A stretch of 63,421 nucleotides of DNA, counting the filler, from Licmophora abbreviata (Eukaryota): the NCBI GenBank assembly GCA_900291995.1. It is 8 parts of 8 records of this genome, joined end to end, with 100 filler letters (N's around TTAATTAATTAA, not from the genome) between each part and the next. Parts side by side here need not be neighbours in the genome. Positions count along the whole stretch, not along the records: positions 11,533 to 27,517 come from OLMU01001942.1; positions 27,618 to 45,440 come from OLMU01001943.1; 6 more parts are not named here. One strand, given 5' to 3'. Below are positions 24,232 to 33,200 of this stretch, one piece after another. The notes under the pieces were generated by a model. That model was not told the DNA's origin and did not search any database. It worked only from the letters and a program-made list of their open reading frames with translations. The position numbers and the translations under genes are program-made. Every line of letters begins with the position of its first letter. Within the stretch, counting starts at the first letter, position 1.

Positions 24232-25827
24232 CTACGACACCCATAAGCCAGAGTCGATGCATCGCTTCATGTGCTGCTCTGCCTCTTCTGGGTCCAACTG
24301 GAGAAGCGCTTCCTTCAGCTTCGAAACGTCCCGCGATTCAAACGCTTGCTGCATCTCAATCGGCAGAGTCGGAATCACCTCCAGTGGATCAAGCCCTCCA
24401 GGTCCAAGACGATCCGCGCGTGGAACCGATTCCAGATCGACGCCCTCGCCCTCTTGTCCGGTGTTCTCGCGATCGATTTCGAGCTTCTTCGTCACGGCAC
24501 GTTTGATAATCTTTTCCACAAAAGCTTCCACGTTCTCCATGAAACTTGCGAGGCCTTCTTTTGTCTCCATTCTTTGAAAGAAAGGGATGATGACATTGCC
24601 TGGGTGTGTACTAAGACTCTTGGCGAGTTCGGCGATACTCGAAATGATCTGCGACTGACGGGCCGTCAACCGCATCTTTTGCCGGTATCCGTTCATTTCG
24701 TCCTCCAATGACGCAAGAAGTAGATAATTGGAGGCATTTTCCTGTAACATGATATTTCCGTGCTTCAACAAGAAGTTTTTCGACTTTCCAAACTCTTTCA
24801 GGGCCATGAACTCTTCCACCAAGTCGGCATACTTCTCGGTGAACTCGTGATACGTCTCGAAACTCCCGATGTCCTCCTTGGACGGCCCAGCCTTTGACGC
24901 CTCCTCTTCCTCCGGTCCAACCGTCTCCACGACCGGCTTTGCTTCCACAGCAGGAGGCTCCGCTGCTTTCTTTACTGGTGGATTCTTCTCCGCTTCTGTC
25001 GCCACAGGTGCTTCCTTCGCTGCAGCGGGCTCTGCCGGAGTCTCCGTCTTGGTGGCTGCTGCAGGTTTCAGATCTGGAAGTTCCGTCGGAGCTACATATC
25101 CCTGTTTTGTAAACTTGGTCTCGGCCGCGTCGGCACTAACGACAGTCCTTTCTTCCGTAACATGACAGATATTGTCGACATTCCACATCTTGTTCTTTTC
25201 GTACTCGTCCAACTTCGCTTGTCCGTCGGCATTGGCCTTTCGAAGTTCCGCAAGCTCTGCCCGAATTCCGTCTCCTTCGCCCAAGTCGTCGTCGTCGTCA
25301 TCGTCGTCGTCCTCCTCGTCGTCGCGCTGTACCCGCAACTTGGCCAGGTCGTGCTCGAGGACCTTGATCCGCTGATTCGCCTTGTCCATCTGTAAGCGCG
25401 ATTGGCAGGAGACACAAAAAGATATACGGAGATTTAGTGGATGCTCCAATACGGAATTACAAACAAATAGATACAGAATTCGAAATTGAGCAGAAGAAGT
25501 CTTTCTGTTTCGACCAAATTCCAAACTGCGGAGATCAAAACCACAAGACCTGGGCTCAAGCGGACCATCCCCTTGTCGACTCATTGTCCTATGCTGGTAG
25601 GCATGACCCGAAACGCAACCATCGTCGACCGAAAGCCGCCACAACGATATTTTACGCACCTCTGCATGAATGCGCTTCTTGTCTGCCTCTTCGCGCTCCT
25701 CTCGTTCGACTCGACTCCTATGTTTCATTCGAAACCAACTCTCGCGATCAATATTGGGATGAACATCATCCTCATCGTCACTGAGCTCCAGCTTGTCCCA
25801 TTTGGAGTAATCAAACGGCTTGGACAT
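24232..25827 (-). CDS. CDC37: Hsp90 co-chaperone Cdc37 (exons 25827-25660, 25389-24232)
   Basis: DYSKWDKLELSDDEDDVHPNID start, WNVD, GPGGLDPLEV, RCIDSGLWV end; intron GTGCGT...TTACAG 25659-25390. Confidence 0.93.
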   Translation of the reverse strand: MSKPFDYSKWDKLELSDDEDDVHPNIDRESWFRMKHRSRVEREEREEADKKRIHAEVRKISLWRLSVDDGCVSGHAYQHRTMSRQGDGPLEPRSCGFDLRSLEFGRNRKTSSAQFRILYLFVCNSVLEHPLNLRISFCVSCQSRLQMDKANQRIKVLEHDLAKLRVQRDDEEDDDDDDDDDLGEGDGIRAELAELRKANADGQAKLDEYEKNKMWNVDNICHVTEERTVVSADAAETKFTKQGYVAPTELPDLKPAAATKTETPAEPAAAKEAPVATEAEKNPPVKKAAEPPAVEAKPVVETVGPEEEEASKAGPSKEDIGSFETYHEFTEKYADLVEEFMALKEFGKSKNFLLKHGNIMLQENASNYLLLASLEDEMNGYRQKMRLTARQSQIISSIAELAKSLSTHPGNVIIPFFQRMETKEGLASFMENVEAFVEKIIKRAVTKKLEIDRENTGQEGEGVDLESVPRADRLGPGGLDPLEVIPTLPIEMQQAFESRDVSKLKEALLQLDPEEAEQHMKRCIDSGLWVS

Positions 25828-26263
25828 GGTGGTCGCTCGTGTATCGTGCTCCAGCGCGTCTTTTTGTGAAAGACATACATAAGAATGACAAAAAAATCGG
25901 AGGATGTGTAGGGGTCAGTAGAAATTGTACAGCAGGGGTGCGCCCTTCTGCCAAAATGGAAGATCTAAGATCTTACGAGTCGAGTGAGTCGAGTTGAGTC
26001 ACAAGGACAGAAAGGGAAATCAAACAAGTCGAAGGAGTCGAACTCTTTTCAAGTTTCCGTGGTCATGTGTGTCGTTTCTGAAGGCATTGGATGAGTACTA
26101 CTATAGAATTAGGGACTAAGAATACGAGTAGCGATCTCTCGCCACGCTTACGTACTTGGGTGCTTCGTTTGATGGCTTGGACATCAATCGTTGCCGCGGG
26201 AACATCAAAGGTTTCATCAGTCCACCGCACAGATACGATACGAACGCAACGACGAAAACCACA

Positions 26264-27189
26264 ATGGCACGTTTTTTCTACTTCTCTCCGGCCTTTCGGT
26301 CGCTTCTGGTTTCACTGTTGGAGGCGTGCAGAAGCAGGCCAAGCCCTTCTCAAACACGGTCGCTGGCTTGGCGGCAGTAGATGAGGAGAAGGGCATGGCC
26401 AGAGGCGGATCAAAAGCCACTACTCCCAAAAAGACTCCTTCCGAGTACGATGAAATGGTCACGTCCATCTATCCTGGGGCGCTTGCCAATGATGTGCTTG
26501 AGGAGAAGGTTACTGAGCTGCTCTCGGCGAAGGGATACGATGCTGACAACACTCTCTTGGCAACTTCTCTCTGCGCTGACGAGCTTGCGCGCCGTCTAGA
26601 AGACGAATTCGTCGAGATTTACGGGGACAACTTTAACCTTGGTGGTTTATCTGGATTCCCCTTTGCCGGAAATACGGGCTTTGGAGCCATGTCGGCTCAT
26701 ATTCCGGACAACGGAAACTGCCTTGTGGTTTACGGACCTCATGTTGGTATCTCGAGGACGGGAATCGTTGGCAAGGTTGAGCGATCGGGTATCAAACTGG
26801 TCGACAATTGCTGTGGAAGTGCCATTGCCGCCTCTGGATACCTTCAGGGCATCGTAGACGGAGGGGCAACCATCACTACCAAGCTCCAGGAGTTTACCGA
26901 CTTCCAGCAGGGGGCTGTCCAGGAGCTCATCTTGCCCCACGGCAAACGCTTGGCCGATGCTGAGGATCGTATGGTGGAGCTTCCTTTAGCCCTATACGAC
27001 TCTCAGGATTTGCTAATGGGGGACATTGTTCAGAATGGAATTGGGGGTGTGAAGAACCACATTGTGCTCCTTGGAGGCATTCAGATCAACACTGCTCCTG
27101 AAGTGCCGGACTACTTCCTTCCCCTTCGTTTCGACTATATGGACAAGAAGGGAAAGGTTGTCGAGGATATGCTCGAGGAGCTACAGTAA
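26264..27189 (+). CDS. LCIB-family/theta carbonic anhydrase copy 1, plastid-targeted, with a probable homopolymer frameshift at 26272-26277
   Basis: CADE, LGGLSGFPFAG, GPHVG, CCGSA (Cys/His/Cys zinc ligands); adding one T gives MARFFLLLSGLSVASG|FTV. Confidence 0.88.
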
Positions 27190-27517
27190 TTTGCTTGGGA
27201 CCGGGCGCACTGTCGGTGTGTAGCTCAACGATATCTTCTAGTAGCATCACATTAAAGAAAAGAAGCGTGTAGCTACAGGCATGTCAGGGCATGCTATCGT
27301 CACCACCAATGTTTTGTCAGGCCAGAAGTGACCCCTAGGTTGTATGGAGAGACGTATTTCGTACCGGTACCAGGGTATAGACCGAGATGAGGCCGTAGCA
27401 CGACACAAGCTTCGGACGAGTCAAATCTATTTGAGATCAGTGAAAAAATAAAAAATTGCTTCGTGCGTTCGTAATAGGTCATGGGGCCTACGTCGGAAGG
27501 TGTGCGTCATTCTCCCA

Positions 27518-27617
27518 NNNNNNNNNNNNNNNNNNNNNNNNNNNNNNNNNNNNNNNNNNNNTTAATTAATTAANNNNNNNNNNNNNNNNNNNNNNNNNNN
27601 NNNNNNNNNNNNNNNNN
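27518..27617. other. Artificial linker hiding the 5' end of theta-CA copy 2
   Basis: N44-TTAATTAATTAA-N44. Confidence 0.99.
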
Positions 27618-28429
27618 CCACGGCTGAGAAAGCTGTGGATAAGGTTGCCAAGATTTACGAGAATGCTCCCAAGACGTCCGCCGAGTATGATAGCATGATT
27701 ACTGCTCTGTTCCCTGGTGCCATGTCAAACGAAGAACTTGAGACAAAGGTGTGCGAAGCCTTGGCCAAGAAAGGCTACACTCCGGACAACACATTGTTGT
27801 GTACTTCCCTCTGCGCCGATGAGCTTGCCCGCAAGCTGGAAGACGACTTTGTCAAGGTCTACGGTGACAACTTCAGCCTCGGCGGCTTGTCCGGATTCCC
27901 CTTTGCCGGCAACACAGGCTTCGGCGCCATGTCCGCGCATATCCCTGATGGTGGAAATTGTCTGATTGTCTACGGACCCCACGTCGGTGTCTCGAGGACG
28001 GGAATCGTTGGTAAGGTTGAACGCCGTGGAATCAGCCTTGTGGACAACTGCTGTGGAAGCGCGATTGCGGCCTCCGGATACCTCAAGAACATCGTTCAAG
28101 GCGGGGCCACCATCACTACCAAGCTTCAGACTTTCAGTGACTTTCAGCAGGGAGCTGTGCAGGAGCTGATTTTGCCGCACGGCAAGCGCTTGGCCGAAGC
28201 TGACAACCGCATGTTGGAGCTTCCGTACGCCCTGTACGAGTCTGTGGATGTTCTCATGGGAGATATTGTGCAGAAGGGATGCGGCGGGGTGAAGAAGGGT
28301 CTCGCTTTGGTTGGAGGGCTGCAGATCAACACTGCCCCCGAAGCTCAGGACTACTTCCTCCCTCTTCGTTTTGACTACATGGATAACACGGGAGAGGTCC
28401 TCGAAGATATGCTCGAGTCTCTCGAGTAA
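27618..28429 (+). CDS. LCIB-family/theta carbonic anhydrase copy 2 (5' truncated)
   Basis: Same CADE/GPH/CCGS motifs; reading frame is open back to the gap. Confidence 0.9.
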
Positions 28430-28902
28430 GATGCGGTGAAGTTTGGTATTTCAAATGACAGTGCGTATGTTCTTCTCTGCGTGCGATAGTAGAACTAGCT
28501 ATTGTTTAAAATACTCTACCGATGATCCCTGAGTCTGTAGTTTGTCGAAGCTGTCGCTTCTGCTGAAGCAAGTGTGTAGCCTGGTCTGCGATGTTCATAC
28601 ATACACACAGGACGACAAAGAGATTCTGAGGGATCCTTGACTTAGCGACGATCGTGTGCAAGGTTTTCAATCGGGCAACAGAACGATGCCAGTGCAGACC
28701 CCCCTAGAAGAGCTTGAAACATCGTGGATGGAGAAGCTAGCACTCCGCCACGCGCGCAGCTCAACTTCAACTTGAACTTTGCTTCGGCTAGAATGAATCG
28801 CGGATCGGGGGGCATGCGAGATGAGGGATGCGGAAGTACAATTTGCTCGTATCTCATCGGCTTGTATCCCCGAATAGCAGCTGCATCCTGGCGTAGATTG
28901 CC

Positions 28903-29889
28903 ATGAAATCAACACAGTGCACTATCATGTCTCGTAGTACACGCTTCGTACTGCTTCTGGCCTGCATTTCGCGTGCTTCGGCTTTCACCATCACGACAGG
29001 AAGTCGGCCCGTTTCTGGGTTTCAAGCATCCACGCGCCCGCTCCCGGTCGACGACCCGGAGACAGGAAAGGCTGAGTCGAAACCAGAGACAGCCTTGGAG
29101 AAGGTAGCGCAGATCTATGAAGGTGTTCCGGAGACTTCTCCAGAGTATGACTTGATGATCACCTCTCTCTTTCCGGGAGCTATCCCGAACGAAGAACTTG
29201 AGACGAAGGTTTGTGGGGCATTGGCCGAAAAGGGCTACACTCCTGACAACACACTGTTGTGTACTTCCCTCTGCGCCGATGAGCTTGCCCGTAAGCTGGA
29301 AGACGACTTTGTCAAGGTCTACGGTGACAACTTTAGCCTCGGGGGCTTGTCCGGATTCCCCTTTGCGGGAAACACCGGCTTTGGTGCCATGTCCGCTCAT
29401 ATCCCCGACGGTGGAAATTGCTTGATTGTCTATGGACCCCACGTCGGTGTCTCGAGGACGGGAATCGTTGGTAAGGTTGAACGTCGAGGAATCAGCCTTG
29501 TGGACAACTGCTGTGGAAGCGCGATTGCGGCCTCTGGATACCTCAAGAGCATCGTTCAAGGTGGTGCGCCCATCACTACCAAGCTCCAAGAGTTTAGTGA
29601 CTTTCAGCAGGGCGCTGTCCAGGAGCTGATTTTGCCGCACGGCAAGCGCTTGGCTGAAGCTGACAACCGCATGTTGGAGCTTCCATACGCCTTGTACGAG
29701 TCTGTGGATGTTCTCTTGCGGGATATTGTGCAGAACGGGAGCGGTGGAGTAAAGAAGGGTCTCGCTTTGGTTGGAGGGCTGCAGATCAACACTGCCCCTG
29801 AAGCTCAGGATTACTTCCTTCCCATGCGTTTCGACTACATGGATAACACGGGAGAGGTCCTCGAAGATATGCTCCCGATCCTCAAATAG
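28903..29889 (+). CDS. LCIB-family/theta carbonic anhydrase copy 3, plastid-targeted (alternative start 28927)
   Basis: Signal peptide ending ASA|FT; CADE/GPH/CCGS motifs. Confidence 0.92.
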   Translation: MKSTQCTIMSRSTRFVLLLACISRASAFTITTGSRPVSGFQASTRPLPVDDPETGKAESKPETALEKVAQIYEGVPETSPEYDLMITSLFPGAIPNEELETKVCGALAEKGYTPDNTLLCTSLCADELARKLEDDFVKVYGDNFSLGGLSGFPFAGNTGFGAMSAHIPDGGNCLIVYGPHVGVSRTGIVGKVERRGISLVDNCCGSAIAASGYLKSIVQGGAPITTKLQEFSDFQQGAVQELILPHGKRLAEADNRMLELPYALYESVDVLLRDIVQNGSGGVKKGLALVGGLQINTAPEAQDYFLPMRFDYMDNTGEVLEDMLPILK

Positions 29890-30063
29890 TGAACGAAACG
29901 CCTCGGGCTCAATAAGAAATTAGCTACGCTAGTGCTATTTGACCTACCTGCCGCTAGAACCCAGGGCAGGCTCTCCAATTCGCACATCCAAACGTGCCAC
30001 CAAGCTGGCAATGTCGCTGAAGTAGAACTTCGGCATAGTTCATGGGATTCATGAATTGTGGTC

Positions 30064-30081
30064 GAGAGAGAGAGAGAGAGA
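30064..30081 (+). repeat. (GA)n microsatellite
   Basis: GAGAGAGAGAGAGAGAGA upstream of the large ORF. Confidence 0.9.
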
Positions 30082-30210
30082 GGCCTCTCTCCTCTGCGCG
30101 ATGACACTTCGAGTAGAGTCAGTCAGTCGGTCAACCGACTTTCGTGTGATCGCGCGAGGCGGTTTGGTTTCCAAATTCCAAAGTTGTTTTACTTTTCTGT
30201 GTGGTTGACC

Positions 30211-33200
30211 ATGATGGCGTCGACAGGTGGCGAGTCGTCAGCAGCTGATGCAGAGTCGCAAGTGGACGGGATTCTGCGGCGCCTTACGAAACAATGTTCC
30301 TCTTCTGCAGAATCATCCGTCCATCAGCCTCCGAATGAGGCCAGTGCATCTCTGGGGCGACGTCTGGCGCACGGCGTCAACTCAATTTTGGTTCTAGATT
30401 CCGCTGGTGTAAAGTTGGACGAAGAGAAGCTACTTACGACGCTTTGCCAATCGCACATTAACCCTGCTACATGTCATGTCTTCTTTGAAAACCTGGAAGG
30501 GCATCCATCTTTACTCGATCGCCTGTCAAGGTGGATACTTCGATGTGAGGAGCTCGTCTTGCATGAGGGAACATCTTTGCACCATAGCGCCTTGTCGGGC
30601 GCGATTCAGGCATTCGCTCGAGTGCTTTCGTCGGATTGCCAAATGGAGGGCTTTAATGATTCGACTGTACTTTCGACCTTTCATCGACTGCAGACATCAA
30701 CTTGCCGCCTTGGTATGCTACGCGAGTGTACGTCGCGCGCTTTTACTTCTGTGCCCTTTCTGGTCCCTTCCATGGTGTCACCACTCATGGCTGCTTGCGT
30801 ACTGACCCTCACTGTTTCCAACGAGGAAAGAATGATCTTCCTACAAAGTGTGTGGTTCGAGACATGGAGGCGCATTCGAGCCTCTCGTCATGGAAGCTCA
30901 AATGATGCCATCGCGCTCCTGCACTGGCTGGCAACTTCGCTGCATTTGTTTCGCCAAGGCATTGCGGGCGAGGCGCGAGACAAGCGACCTATCTCGACAG
31001 AGCTTGCGAATCATTGGCAAATGGAACTCATTGATATGGCAGAGTTTGTAGTCGAGACACTCAGGGAGATTGACGATGACAATGGGGCACAGACGTCTCG
31101 ATTCCGGAAGCTACTGTCATTCATATTGGAGTCCGTACTCCCTGGCTGGCTCTCGTTGTCTCATGGATCTTTGGCATCGACTATCTTACAGCTCGTTCGA
31201 ATCACAAAGAAGTGCAATCCGACAATTGTTGTGTCTCGCCGTATATTCGTTCGACTGGCCGTCGATGCCATGACCACTCCAATGATGACAGATACCAACG
31301 CGCTGTTGACGCTGCTGGTTGTTGTGGGCAATTGCAGAGACAAATTCATCCGCGGCATAATGCACAGTCTTGCTTGTATCTATGCGTCAGACTCATTGTG
31401 CGAGAAGGCATCTAAGGACTTGATGTATTTAAGCTGCCTTGACGATCCAACAGATCATTACGAAGTGCCCGAGAATCCGAAGGGTATTGTGGACTTATTT
31501 CAGACCGACGATGATGTGGAACGAATACTCGAAAGCATGAATTGCTCTTTGGAGAATCTTCCTCTCACAGAGTTGACTCCTCAGGATCAGGTTGCAGCCC
31601 TTCTGATTGGGACTGCCTTGCTTCATGCATCGCCAGGACGAAAGGAATGTGTCCAACAGTATTTGCAGATAGTTACTTTGAGATATCCACACCTGGGAGT
31701 CAGCTTGCTCCCAATTGTGCTCTGGTCAGTCCATACCGCTAGTATTGAGCAGAAAGGACACCTAGTTCAAGAGAATCTTGAGTTCCTGTGCAGCGCCATA
31801 GTGCACGAGCCCCATTGCGCCCAGGAAGTTTGGAATCTCGTTGGAATTGGAATGATCCACACGAACCAAAGGATTTCTGCTCGCACCTCGGCTATTCGTT
31901 TGTTTCCGCTCTTGTGTGCTCAAAACAAAAGACTCTATCGTCGCATTGTTGACACACTTGGAATTTTTGTCGATCATAAAGATGCTCAGATACGCCTCGC
32001 TGTGGCCGCGACGATTCACGACTTGGCAAGGGAAGACCACATTCGAGATATTTCGGATGTCATTGGCTGGCTGCAGGCCTTTCTCAACGACGAAGAACAC
32101 TCCGTTGTCCATTACGCAATATTGAGCCTCCATTGGCTGGTGGTTGCCCAAGAACTTGACTTTGGACTGGTCATCAAGGTATTGAGGAAGCGTTTGTGCG
32201 TGCTGAGTGACGCCGCGGAGCTTATGAAATTGCCTGGTACTGTGTTAGAGGCATTGGCGCTTCTGCTTGGAGATGGCGAATGCGGTGATGAAAACAGCGG
32301 TTCTGAAGATGAACGAGACAGTCGACTGTCGCCGGAAACGGTATCGCCGCAAGTTTCTGCAGCTGTATCTGCATTGATCGAAATAGTAGAACGGACATCC
32401 CATTCTGCCGACAACTCCCCCAGAGAGCAGATCCGTCGCTTGCGAAGAAATTCTTACAAAGCTCTAAGAAATTATTCTCTCAAAGCTCTTGGTGTGGACG
32501 AAGATGGGGTTCGGGCAGCTATTGCAGGCGCGATGCCTGGAGACGACGTCGTCGGCTCTCCGGTGTCGGATGGGATAATACGGTACGAAACTCTGCGACG
32601 GGTGATCAGAGAGGGCTTCCTTCGTTCACCTTCCTTTGATGGGTCGATCGACAATAGCCCTATCACAGAACTAGCACGAAAGCTCGTCTCCTTTGAAGAA
32701 GAAGTGATGGGCGTGTCACTGTGGCAGAAGCGAAAGGGCACTCGATCAAATTCGAAACGAACGAAAAATCCACCGAAAGCAGCGGTGGCGACGCTCCCCG
32801 AGCTAGATGCTGTTCAAGCGCTTTATCGCGACGATCCATCGTCGGTTACTGCCCTTTCAGTACTTCTATGCTTTGAAGGTTTGTCAATGAATGATCTCTT
32901 CGACATTGCATCCGACATGTCAAGAACCTCTTGGCAACCAGTATTAGTGCCATTCGTCGTTCAAGGCTGGTTGAAAGCAATGGAAAGGATCTGGTCTAAT
33001 GTGACAGTTTCCAAAAATCAGTCGATGCGTGATTCAATTGATTCTATTATTGAGGAAGCTCGGAGCTGGGTTGACACACTTGGCACTGTAGATGCAGGCT
33101 ACCTTGCACTAGCTGCCATGTCTCTGTATATTCCGGATACATACAGTGTCGGCGAAGAAGCAGTTATCATCCAACTCTCTGGTTCAATAATAGCCATTCG

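Noticed and set aside
27504..27509. CCRE-like GCGTCA upstream of theta-CA copy 2
   Set aside because: A single hexamer next to a gap is expected by chance
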